A DNA stretch of 64,000 bases from an uncultured Alphaproteobacteria bacterium (GCA_963787895.1 CAWBEX010000008.1:540390-604389), one strand, 5' to 3'. Numbered from the stretch's first letter, positions 8,807-19,461 are shown. Numbers and translations: made by a program. The notes: generated by a model not told the origin, from the letters alone.

Positions 8807-9073
8807 AGGGTTTGCTTTCGGGGTCGGAGCGGACATTCTCTTGAGCCATGCTGAATGAGAGCATTTGGGCCGGAAGTGACAGTGGTCACCTTGGGCGGAA
8901 AGCGGTCGAATTCGCAGCGATTGCACAGCGGTTATGTCAATTTGTGAATAGCGGACTTTCATCCGACGGAGATTTTTTCCGTAATGCTCCGTCGCCGCAT
9001 GACCGCTCCGAGCCCAATGGTGGACGTCCGCAAGCGATACCAAAATGCAGCATTGTGCCAATAACAGGTCATT
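8807..9073 (+). repeat. Cluster of about six degenerate palindromic units (cluster 2)
   Basis: 8807-8837 agggtttgc-tttcggggtcgga-gcggacatt; 8854-8883 aatgagagc-atttgggccggaa-gtgacagt; 8884-8907 ggtcacc-ttgggcggaaa-gcggtc; 8935-8958 tgtcaa-tttgtgaata-gcggactt; 8999-9027 atgaccgc-tccgagcccaatg-gtggacgt; 9044-9073 aatgcagc-attgtgccaata-acaggtcatt. Confidence 0.65.
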
Positions 9074-9145
9074 TTTCTACTAGTTCGGTTTGACTCTGCG
9101 TAGTCAGACCGCTTATGAGGAAAAGGATGATAGCGAGGCATTGCT

Positions 9146-9802
9146 GTGCATTTGTTGAAATCATTACCTGTAGTTTCAGCTTCACTTGTTGCAGCATGCA
9201 TTTCTTTTGATCTTGCGTTGGCTGGAGAAAGCAACCCGCTTGGCAACTCGCCCATTGCAGATACCCCCGGAAGCATAAGCATTCTAGGAGGCGTGACTGT
9301 CGGTAACAACACTTTGGGTAGTGTGCTTTTTCCGATAGACTTAAGTGAAAAAGGACTGGGCGAAGGCGGCTTTGTAGGCGCGGCCATGTCGCGTCAACTG
9401 GTTCGGTTCCAGAGACACTTTTGGCTTGAGGCAGAATTGGGTGGAGGCTTCCGCTTCGAGCCCGCCGTAGATTACTATAATCCGGAAGCTTGGGGAGCAA
9501 TCTATCTCAAATATGATGGTTTTCCCTGGAATGATGTAATTCGAACTACAGTCGGTGTATCTACGGGGCTTCATTGGATCGCAGAGCTGACACCAGGTGA
9601 TACAAACTATGGCCAATACGCCATTCCTGGGAATGCTGTACTGCAACATTATTTTTCCCCAGAAATTGCGTTTTCTTTTCCGGAACGCCCCCAGGACGAG
9701 TTGTTTATTCGCATCCATCATCGCTCGACTGGGTACGGACTATTTTGGAATACTGAGGCTGGGTCAAATGTCGTGGCAATTGGACTGCGGTTCAGAAGAT
9801 AG
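9146..9802 (+). CDS. Outer-membrane beta-barrel protein, PagL/acyloxyacyl-hydrolase-like
   Basis: Signal peptide (..FDLALA), alternating amphipathic strands, C-terminal LFIRIHHRSTGYGLF..GSNVVAIGLRF with an H-x-S motif and a near-terminal Phe; AT-rich codons. Confidence 0.65.
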   Translation: MHLLKSLPVVSASLVAACISFDLALAGESNPLGNSPIADTPGSISILGGVTVGNNTLGSVLFPIDLSEKGLGEGGFVGAAMSRQLVRFQRHFWLEAELGGGFRFEPAVDYYNPEAWGAIYLKYDGFPWNDVIRTTVGVSTGLHWIAELTPGDTNYGQYAIPGNAVLQHYFSPEIAFSFPERPQDELFIRIHHRSTGYGLFWNTEAGSNVVAIGLRFRR

Positions 9803-9811
9803 CAACACCCC

Positions 9812-10062
9812 ACGTCTGCCGCAGGTCCATTAGCTGACATCTGTGCAAAGAAATACAACGGCAGCTTCGTCCGCGTTGCGGTCGTCCACAATGCCTTGCA
9901 CTTCGCTCCTGCAGCGAATGTCCGGAATGATTGGCGCACCGCCGCGTCGGGAGTGACGGCCTAAGGTCGGCTTTGGGCCGTTAGCGCCTCTGTCAATTTG
10001 GGCGGGAAGCGGACATTCGCTGCACTGCAGCTGAGTCAGCTGCCTTGAGCGCGAAGCGAACT
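9812..10062 (+). repeat. Cluster of five to six degenerate palindromic units (cluster 3)
   Basis: 9812-9840 acgtctgc-cgcaggtccatta-gctgacat (9 nt after the OMP stop); 9857-9885 aacggcagc-ttcgtccgcgtt-gcggtcgt; 9963-9991 aaggtcggc-tttgggccgtta-gcgcctct; 9991-10017 tgtcaa-tttgggcgggaa-gcggacatt; ~10038-10062 agctgc-cttgagcgcgaa-gcgaact. Also a perfect 14-bp inverted pair, tgcagcgaatgtcc (9910-9923) / ggacattcgctgca (10011-10024). Confidence 0.75.
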
Positions 10063-10133
10063 TTTGCGGTAGCGGGATCGCTCTTGTGGAAACCGATTTC
10101 GTCAAAGCGGCAATCAGAACCGTCACAAATAAT

Positions 10134-11718
10134 TCACCTTCGACGACGTGCTTTCCGCAATTTTGCATCCCGCGTTCGTCTTTGTTCGCGATTCAGCACT
10201 CCATGGCGCGGAGTATTTTTACGCTCAAAAACAATCTGGGGTACAGATGGATACTCGTCATCGTCCTTCGGGCGAAATTTCATTGGTCCTTGCAGAACAC
10301 CCAACTCCTTGCAGTTATCTTTGATCTGTCCGCGTTGCTCTTCTGTCCATTCGCACTGTTCAGCATATACCAAGTCCTCTGAAACACCTCGACCTTGCTC
10401 CGGTGGTTCCCGAGAAATCCCAACCACCCGTTTAAGGTGGGGGTATTTTTCTAAAATACCCTGAGCATAGATTGTGGCACGTTCGGCGCGTTTTCTACGG
10501 TAGTGTTCATATCCTCCCTTCTCCTCCATCCAATCCTGATACTTGAACGTCATGACGAAGAAGGCTGTTTCATTGTCTTTGGCCTCCGGTGGAGCCATCA
10601 TCATTCGAAAGAATGCATCTTCAGTGATACCTTTTTTCAGGGCACCCATAACTGCCTCGCCATGGCTCCTCCTCCTGAAGCGCATTTCCAAGGCCATATA
10701 ACGGACACCACGCTCGTTCTTCCTTAACTCGAACCCGTGATCATCAAGCGTGATCGAAGTACCATCGAGCATATGGTTCGTGAAAAGAGTTATGAACTCG
10801 TCCCACACGTAGGAGATTTTGTCGGCATCTTTCTTTGCGACGTATTGCGGATCGCTAACCCAATTTTGGTAGTGGTCCCTGTTGATTGTTATCGGTGGAG
10901 AAGTCTTCATCAATGGTGAAATCATGGTCTCCATCCTCATTGATTCTGATTGCGTAGTAGGCGAGAAGATTTTCCTCTCCGTGAGCGAGATGCAGGCGTC
11001 CGGATCGAACAAATTCTTCCTTTTTTTGCAGGTAATCCGTGAAGTCCCGGATCGTGTCCAATTCGTTCATCACAATATCAAGAGACACTTCATCCAACAC
11101 ATGGAAGAACGAGCCGCTGGGGTTCACGTCACCAATTGCGAACGGGATGGCTTCACTTGAGTCTTTCGGCCAGTTCATATTTCCTTTCAGGCTTGGGCGG
11201 ATCATCAAACTACCAGAGTGGCCCTTTAGGTATCTTTTGCACTGTTCAGATGCACCGCGAGCTACAATCACATGATGAACCGTCCGTCTGCCTGGTTCAG
11301 GGAGATCGACGGGAAATGGAGTATTGCAGGTTCGATCTAGGTAAATGCGGTCCGAATGTTCTTCTATCCACCTCTCCGCGCCCTTCGCCTGTTTAGATGC
11401 GGCCATAACAGCGCGCTTTACCCAACGCCCCCAGGCGACCTCTAAATCCACTGATGGCCACTCGATACTCTTCTCTGAAAATACGATGATGTGGTCACCG
11501 CAGACTACGAGCAAATCACACAACTCTTTGCCATCGCCTCGACCATTGCCTCCAGTTTTTTGATCGCGATATGGGCTCGGATAGGACCATAGGTTTAAGA
11601 AGGATTTCTCGGCGAGACTTGCCAAATATCTCTCGCTTTCGGTTACCCCCACCCCTTTGATAATCGGCGGACGTAGCTGTTCAGGATGATGATCTATTCC
11701 AGTTGGTTTTTTTATCAA
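10134..11718 (-). pseudogene. NERD-like PD-(D/E)xK nuclease-domain protein (~530 aa if intact), split by one frameshift near 10900
   Basis: ORF 10855..11718 carries GKELCDLLVVCGDHIIVFSEKS (D..E-x-K nuclease-like motif). The frame switches to ORF 10134..11012 at GAC-TTC-TCC-ACC-GAT / TCT-CCA-CCG-ATA, joining ..DHDFTIDED to PPITINRDHYQNWVSDPQY... C-terminus is basic (NREQRRTRDAKLRKARRRR). Confidence 0.65.
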
Positions 11719-11778
11719 AACGGCGGAACCATGTAGTTGTCACGCCTGCCTAGCGTGGCGCAGAGATGTCCAAATATC

Positions 11779-11957
11779 AATGACAAACGCGGGCATACTT
11801 GAACGGCAGAATGTCCTTCTACTTATGATTTTGCGACAACAGAATCCTCTGGGGACTTGATCATCTACCTGCGCCTTGAGCCAACGACCGCTTTGATGAA
11901 CCGCACTGCAGCATTGCAGGACTGAGCAAAAGTCCGCTAAGGGCCGTTTCTGGACTG
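11779..11957 (+). repeat. Degenerate palindromic units (cluster 4), the last abutting the recombinase-operon leader
   Basis: 11883-11912 aacgaccgc-tttgatgaa-ccgcactgcagc (gcactgcagc is identical to 10022-10031); 11929-11956 aaagtccgc-taagggccgttt-ctggact; weaker copies at ~11779 and ~11802. Confidence 0.65.
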
Positions 11958-11996
11958 GACTTCCTCTCCACACAGAGCAAAGCTAAGTTCAAATTC

Positions 11997-12108
11997 GGCA
12001 CCTTGGCCCACCCGTGAACAAGGTGCCATACCCGAGATCTCCCTCGCTTGCCCGCACGGCTTGCGAGGTTCGGTCAGTGACAGCAATGAGTGTTGTCGCA
12101 CTGAACCT
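11997..12108 (+). ncRNA. Candidate structured 5' leader RNA (three hairpins) of the DUF3489 operon
   Basis: H1 ggcaccttg (11997-12005) / caaggtgcc (12019-12027); H2 cctcgc (12042-47) / gcgagg (12063-68) with inner gcc/ggc; H3 aggttc (12066-71) / gaacct (12103-08) enclosing agtg/cact and acagca/tgttgt. RBS GAGGAG follows at 12112-12117. Confidence 0.45.
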
Positions 12109-12123
12109 TCAGAGGAGATCATC

Positions 12124-12366
12124 ATGACAAAATCACCAACCAAGCAGACCACCAAAGCAAACCAGATCATCAGAATGCTGAGCCGAGCCAATGGCGCATC
12201 GCTGGATGAGTTGATGAAGGCAACGGACTGGCAGAAGCACAGCGTCAGGGGTTTTCTGTCAGGGACGATCAGAAAGAAACTCGGCCATGAACTGTCTGTT
12301 AAGCCAGACAAGAACGGTGTTCGCCGGTATCGCATCGAAGCAGCCAGTGCGGAGGCTGCGGAATGA
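12124..12366 (+). CDS. DUF3489 family small HTH-like protein
   Basis: ATG at 12124 after GAGGAG; TKANQIIRMLSRANGASLDELMKATDWQKHSVRGFLSG..GVRRYRI matches the DUF3489 pattern; ATGA overlap with the next gene. Confidence 0.85.
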   Translation: MTKSPTKQTTKANQIIRMLSRANGASLDELMKATDWQKHSVRGFLSGTIRKKLGHELSVKPDKNGVRRYRIEAASAEAAE

Positions 12367-12797
12367 GCGTGATGTATGGTTCGCAGCCATCAGGCGATGC
12401 GGTTGAAAGCGTTAGTCAACTTTCTCGCGATGCCCTGGTACAGCACTGGCAGACATACTATGGCTGTTTGCCACCCAAAGGGGTAAAGCGGCAATTGCTC
12501 GAACGGGCATATCTTCATCACTGGCAAGAGCGCAGATACGGAAAGCTCAAACCTGCCATCCGCAAGCAGCTTATCAGCATAGTTCAAACGGGGTCTGACG
12601 AGTCTTCAAAGCCAGTTTCAAAGTCATCATTGTCTGCTGGCAATCGACTGGTCAGAGACTGGCAGGGCAAGACCTACATCGTCGATGTGCTGGAAGATGG
12701 GTATCAGTGGCAGGATAGACCCTACAAATCCCTGTCCGCCATCGCCACCGAGATCACCGGCACCCGATGGTCAGGGCCAAGGTTCTTTGGCCTATGA
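12363..12797 (+). CDS. DUF2924 family protein
   Basis: LVQHWQTYYG..QERRYGKL and GNRLVRDWQGKTYIVDVLEDGYQWQDRPYKSLSAIATEITGTRWSGPRFFGL are hallmark DUF2924 segments; ATGA overlaps at both ends. Confidence 0.9.
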   Translation: MSVMYGSQPSGDAVESVSQLSRDALVQHWQTYYGCLPPKGVKRQLLERAYLHHWQERRYGKLKPAIRKQLISIVQTGSDESSKPVSKSSLSAGNRLVRDWQGKTYIVDVLEDGYQWQDRPYKSLSAIATEITGTRWSGPRFFGL

Positions 12798-14497
12798 GTG
12801 ACAAGACCAGATATCGCTGCGCCATCTATACCCGCAAATCAACTGATGAGGGTCTGGATCAGGATTTTAACTCGCTGGATGCGCAAAGAGAGGCTTGCGC
12901 TGCATATATCACCTCTCAAGGTAGCCTGGGCTGGAAACCGCTGCCGCAGCACTATGATGATGGAGGCATATCGGGCGGACATATGGACCGTCCTGCTTTG
13001 CTGGAACTTCTGCGGGACATCAAGGCAGGCAACATCGATACTGTGGTCGTTTACAAGATTGATAGATTGACCCGCTCTCTGGCTGACTTCTCAAAGATGG
13101 TGGAGATCTTTGACCGGCATGAAGTGTCATTTGTCTCCGTCACCCAGCAGTTCAATACAACCACGTCCATGGGACGACTGACGCTCAATGTGCTTTTGTC
13201 GTTCGCGCAGTTTGAGCGTGAGGTTACGGCCGAGCGTATTCGGGACAAAATTGCAGCCTCGCGCAAGAAGGGCATGTGGATGGGTGGCCGAATACCGTTG
13301 GGGTACAATGTGGTCAACAAGCACCTCATCGTTAACGAGGCGGAAGCCAGAATCGTCCGGCAGCTGTTTGCAATGTACCTGGAGATCAAAAGCGTCCCGA
13401 AGCTCAAGAAGGAGTGTGACAGACTTGGACTGAAGACCAAGGTGCAGCATCAACAGGATGGCGGGACCGTTGGCGGTAAACCATTCTCACGCGGTCATCT
13501 CTACACACTGCTGACCAAGCCACTTTACATCGGACAGGTCGTGCATTGCGGAAAGATCTATCCAGGCCTGCAAGATCCAGTCATCGACCCGGATATCTTC
13601 CAACAGGTCCAGACCTTGATTGCTGCCAACGCTCCTGATCGCAAGCAGCAAGCAAATCAGGCGTCACCGCATCTGTTGACCGGATTGTTGTTCGACCAGA
13701 CTGGCGATGCCTTGTCGCCGACCCATGCAACCAAGAAAGGCAGACGCTATCGCTACTACACATCGCACAGACTTAAGTCGGCGGGACCTTCCAGGTCAGG
13801 TGGCTGGCGACTCGCAGCTGATCAGATTGAGAACGCGGTTCTCATCGTGATCCGCGACCATCTGAGCGATCAAGGCAAGCTGGCAAACATGTTTTCCAAC
13901 AAAGAATCATCAGCCGATCAGATGCTGCAACTGGCTGAAGGAGCAAAGCGGCTTGCCAGTGAGTTGAGCACACAAACCCAGGTTGAACTGAAAACCATTG
14001 TCGCCACGCTGATTCAACGCATCGAACTGAATACAGAGAACATTACCATCCAGATCAAACTATGCGGACTGCTTGAACTCATCGATTCTGAGACAGGAAA
14101 CGCCAGACAGAACTTGTCACAAGATGCAACGAAAGCGATCAAAGCGCCACTTCAGTTGAAGAAACGTGGCGTCGAAACTAAACTCATCGTCGGCGACAGG
14201 CTTCAAGCAGCTTCTGAACCAAACCAAGCTCTGATCATGCTGATCGCACAAGCTCACTACTGGCTCGATAAATTGACCAATGGTTCAGTGCGCTCAATCG
14301 TCGATCTTGCGAGAGAAGAACGAGTCGACAAGAACAAGATCAGTCGTGCCCTGCGCTTTGCTTTCCTCGCCCCCGATATAACCCAAGCGATAGTCGAAGG
14401 CCATCAGCCTATCGAGTTGACAGCTGAAAGGATGCGTCGTCATCCAGACCTACCTATGGGCTGGCAGGAGCAACGAAACCTACTCGGCTTCGCCTGA
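12794..14497 (+). CDS. Large serine recombinase (resolvase + recombinase domain + C-terminal HTH-like extension)
   Basis: Catalytic CAIYTRKST, VVVYKIDRLTRS, GRLTLNVLLSFAQFEREVTAERIRDKIAASRKKGMWMGG; ATG at 12794 overlapping the DUF2924 stop. Confidence 0.95.
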   Translation: MSDKTRYRCAIYTRKSTDEGLDQDFNSLDAQREACAAYITSQGSLGWKPLPQHYDDGGISGGHMDRPALLELLRDIKAGNIDTVVVYKIDRLTRSLADFSKMVEIFDRHEVSFVSVTQQFNTTTSMGRLTLNVLLSFAQFEREVTAERIRDKIAASRKKGMWMGGRIPLGYNVVNKHLIVNEAEARIVRQLFAMYLEIKSVPKLKKECDRLGLKTKVQHQQDGGTVGGKPFSRGHLYTLLTKPLYIGQVVHCGKIYPGLQDPVIDPDIFQQVQTLIAANAPDRKQQANQASPHLLTGLLFDQTGDALSPTHATKKGRRYRYYTSHRLKSAGPSRSGGWRLAADQIENAVLIVIRDHLSDQGKLANMFSNKESSADQMLQLAEGAKRLASELSTQTQVELKTIVATLIQRIELNTENITIQIKLCGLLELIDSETGNARQNLSQDATKAIKAPLQLKKRGVETKLIVGDRLQAASEPNQALIMLIAQAHYWLDKLTNGSVRSIVDLAREERVDKNKISRALRFAFLAPDITQAIVEGHQPIELTAERMRRHPDLPMGWQEQRNLLGFA

Positions 14498-14661
14498 GCA
14501 AGCCACTCTATAAACAGCATCTTCCAGCCAAACGTGTGTTGAGCAAAATCAGCCAACAGAGACGAACCGGCAAATGGGCGCCAGATCCTCGAGAAATGGG
14601 CGTCTCCCACACCCAAGTTCCAGGGCCACAGTTCGTTAACCAACGGATATGTCTAAACAAA

Positions 14662-14695
14662 AAGGACGTTGAAGCAATCTCGCCTCAACGTCCTT
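14662..14695 (-). terminator. Rho-independent terminator of tRNA-Ala
   Basis: aaggacgttga / tcaacgtcctt perfect 11-bp stem, followed on the minus strand by TTTGTTT, 7 nt downstream of the tRNA CCA. Confidence 0.7.
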
Positions 14696-14702
14696 GACTG
14701 TC

Positions 14703-14778
<76 letters not shown>

Positions 14779-14881
14779 GATCCCTTTAGCGGCCGGCATG
14801 GGTTCCGACAGCAAATCCACCGCGTGATAGCTGCAACTGCCAGATCTTGTCAATCTGATAGCGTCGCACCAAACAGCTTGC

Positions 14882-15313
14882 CTATAGTTCTTCGTCTCCC
14901 GGTGCACCGGCGTTGCCGATCAGGTCTTCGACGCCGCTGCCGCCTTCTTCATCCTCGTCATCCAGGAAGACATCGGCATCATCAGCGTCATCATCGTCAT
15001 CCTCGGTTTCGCCCAGGTCAACGTCCTTGATGGCTGCGGCCTCATCGTCGGCATCATCCACATCGTCGTCTTCCAGATCTTCAAGACTGACAACTGCGCT
15101 ATCTTTTTCCAGTTCGCCTTCGTCTTCCTTCACCTCGGCAGGCTTGGCAGGCTTCGGTTTGGAAGACGGCCCGTCCGCCTTGGACGGCAGCAAGGGCTCT
15201 GCGGTGAACTGCTCATGGCACTTCGGGCAAGAGATTGGAGTATTGTTCAGATCATAAAAGCGCGCTGCACAGCTTGGGCAGGTGCGCTTGGTTCCAAGTT
15301 CGTCGCTGACCAC
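14882..15313 (-). CDS. TIGR02300 / FYDLN-acid family protein
   Basis: ELGTKRTCPSCAARFYDLN..CPKC zinc-ribbon followed by an Asp/Glu-rich tail. Confidence 0.92.
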   Translation of the reverse strand: MVSDELGTKRTCPSCAARFYDLNNTPISCPKCHEQFTAEPLLPSKADGPSSKPKPAKPAEVKEDEGELEKDSAVVSLEDLEDDDVDDADDEAAAIKDVDLGETEDDDDDADDADVFLDDEDEEGGSGVEDLIGNAGAPGDEEL

Positions 15314-15426
15314 GGGTACAACGTCCTTTTATTGCGTATGGATACAGGATTGTTTTGTCAGATGTTGGGCATCCCATGCCATGAGTGCCAGCTTGTGTCA
15401 AAACCGAATTTGTAGCGAAGTGATGA

Positions 15427-17498
<2,072 letters not shown>

Positions 17499-17742
17499 AC
17501 TGCCTCATCGGTGGTCTTGCCCCTAAATTTGTTCCTGGATGCTGACCATAGTATCTGCCTTTTGACATCTGGAACGGTCAAGGCATCGTGTTTGGCATTC
17601 CTTAGAACATCAACCAGTGTTTGGTGCCCGTGCTGCCCAACCCATTCACGCCATTTCCGGTCGTGATATAAGCGCAAACGGGACGTCCTGCGGTGATTTC
17701 CGTGGGCCAGGCATATTTGTTATTGAGAAAAAGGCTGAACCT

Positions 17743-19461
17743 ATGGCTGCAAGCAGCTCACTAAACCCGACCCGCGATGATTTCGCGGCTATGCTCGACG
17801 CGAGCTTCAACGAAGAAACCAATGCAGAAGGCACGGTTGTCAAAGGCAGAATTGTTGCCATTGAAAACGATCTCGCCATCATAGACGTAGGTTTGAAAAC
17901 CGAAGGCCGCGTCCCTCTGCGCGAATTCCGCACTCCTGGCCAGGATAACGATCTTGTTGTTGGCGATGAGGTTGAAGTCTTTCTTGACCGCATCGAAAAT
18001 GCCATGGGCGAAGCAGTCCTGTCACGTGACAAGGCTCGCCGGGAAGAGGCCTGGGTGCGGCTTGAAAAGTCGTTTGAAGACAATGAGCGCGTCGATGGCG
18101 TGATCTTTGGCCGCGTCAAGGGTGGATTTACCGTCGATCTGGGCGGCGCTGTTGCGTTCCTTCCTGGCTCGCAGGTCGACATCCGTCCGGTACGTGACGT
18201 GACTCCGTTGATGAACATGACTCAGCCGTTCCAGGTTCTGAAAATGGACAAGCGCCGGGGCAACATTGTTGTTTCGCGCCGTGCGATCATGGAAGAAACC
18301 CGCGCAGAACAGCGTTCGGAACTGGTGCAGAACCTTGCTGAAGGTCAGAAGGTTGAAGGCGTCGTCAAGAATATCACCGACTACGGTGCGTTCGTCGACC
18401 TGGGCGGTATTGATGGCCTGCTGCACGTCACGGACATCTCGTGGAAGCGCGTCAATCATCCCACCGATGTTCTCTCGGTCGGCCAGACGGTCAACGTGCA
18501 GATCGTCAAGATCAACCCGGATACCCAACGCATCAGCCTTGGCATGAAGCAGCTGGAAAGCGATCCGTGGGACGGTGTGGAGGCCAAGTATCCAGTCGGC
18601 ATGCGGGTCAAGGGGCGTGTAACCAACATCACCGATTACGGTGCGTTCGTGGAACTGGAAGAAGGCATCGAGGGCCTGGTTCACGTTTCCGAAATGAGCT
18701 GGACCAAGAAGAACATCCATCCAGGCAAGATTGTTTCCACTTCCGAGGAAATCGAAGTGGAAGTGCTGGAAGTCGACCCGGCCAAGCGCCGCGTTTCCCT
18801 GGGTCTCAAGCAGACCACTGAAAACCCGTGGGCCTCGTTTGCGGATCGCTATCCGCAAGGCACCAATGTTGAAGGTGAAATCAAGAACATCACAGAGTTT
18901 GGCCTGTTCATCGGTCTCGACGGTGATGTTGACGGCATGGTTCACCTGTCCGATCTGGACTGGAACCGCTCCGGTGAAGAAGCCATTCAGGAATACAACA
19001 AGGGTGATGTGGTCAAGGCCATCGTGCTTGATGTTGACCAGGAGAAGGAACGCATTTCGCTCGGCATCAAGCAACTTGATGGCGATCCGATGCAGAGTGC
19101 ATCTGCTGGCGGCCTTCGCAAGGGTGCAACTGTGACCTGTGAGATCACTGAAGTGCAGGAAAACGGCATAGAGGTGAAGCTTGCAGACACCGACATGACG
19201 GCATTTATCCGTCGCTCGGACTTAGCCCGCGACAGGTCGGAACAGCGCCCTGAGCGGTTTGCGGTCGGCGAAAAGGTAGACGTTCGTATTACCCAGTTTG
19301 ACAAGGCAGCCCGCAAGGTTGGTCTGTCAATCAAGGCATTGGAAATCGCCGAAGAGAAGGCGGCCGTCGAACAGTACGGTTCGTCCAATTCAGGTGCTTC
19401 ACTGGGTGATATTCTCGGTGCAGCCCTGAACAAGGCGAGTGATGCTGAAACGAAGGACTGA
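17743..19461 (+). CDS. rpsA: 30S ribosomal protein S1
   Basis: Repeated S1 domains (VKNITDYGAFVDLGG, RISLGMKQL); ATG at 17743 (MAASSSLNPTRDDFAAML). Confidence 0.98.
   Translation: MAASSSLNPTRDDFAAMLDASFNEETNAEGTVVKGRIVAIENDLAIIDVGLKTEGRVPLREFRTPGQDNDLVVGDEVEVFLDRIENAMGEAVLSRDKARREEAWVRLEKSFEDNERVDGVIFGRVKGGFTVDLGGAVAFLPGSQVDIRPVRDVTPLMNMTQPFQVLKMDKRRGNIVVSRRAIMEETRAEQRSELVQNLAEGQKVEGVVKNITDYGAFVDLGGIDGLLHVTDISWKRVNHPTDVLSVGQTVNVQIVKINPDTQRISLGMKQLESDPWDGVEAKYPVGMRVKGRVTNITDYGAFVELEEGIEGLVHVSEMSWTKKNIHPGKIVSTSEEIEVEVLEVDPAKRRVSLGLKQTTENPWASFADRYPQGTNVEGEIKNITEFGLFIGLDGDVDGMVHLSDLDWNRSGEEAIQEYNKGDVVKAIVLDVDQEKERISLGIKQLDGDPMQSASAGGLRKGATVTCEITEVQENGIEVKLADTDMTAFIRRSDLARDRSEQRPERFAVGEKVDVRITQFDKAARKVGLSIKALEIAEEKAAVEQYGSSNSGASLGDILGAALNKASDAETKD

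Larger units (their letters stand above)
4143..14702. mobile_element. Putative genomic island at the 3' end of tRNA-Ala(GGC), carrying a large serine recombinase module; left boundary uncertain (may lie left of 4143 or outside the window)
   Basis: Recombinase operon ends ~200 bp from the tRNA 3' end. Cargo consists of small hypothetical genes with more AT-rich sequence (spot count 25/60 G+C at 9481-9540 vs 39/60 at 16021-16080 in aroA). No duplicated tRNA 3' end was found by eye. Confidence 0.7.

Noticed and set aside
8807-10062. CRISPR array
   Set aside because: Units are highly degenerate and irregularly spaced, are interrupted by whole genes, and no cas genes are present.
4143-14702. Classical integron (IntI + attC)
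   Set aside because: No tyrosine recombinase in the window, and the units lack consistent RYYYAAC/GTTRRRY attC cores.
14882-15313. Low-complexity gtcatc/tcgtc repeats
   Set aside because: Explained by the Asp/Glu-rich tail of the TIGR02300 protein.
18022-19074. Long antisense ORFs (also 42772..43869, 15600..16388, 54938..55750 and others)
   Set aside because: Shadow frames of well-supported core genes in GC-rich DNA, with no motifs of their own.
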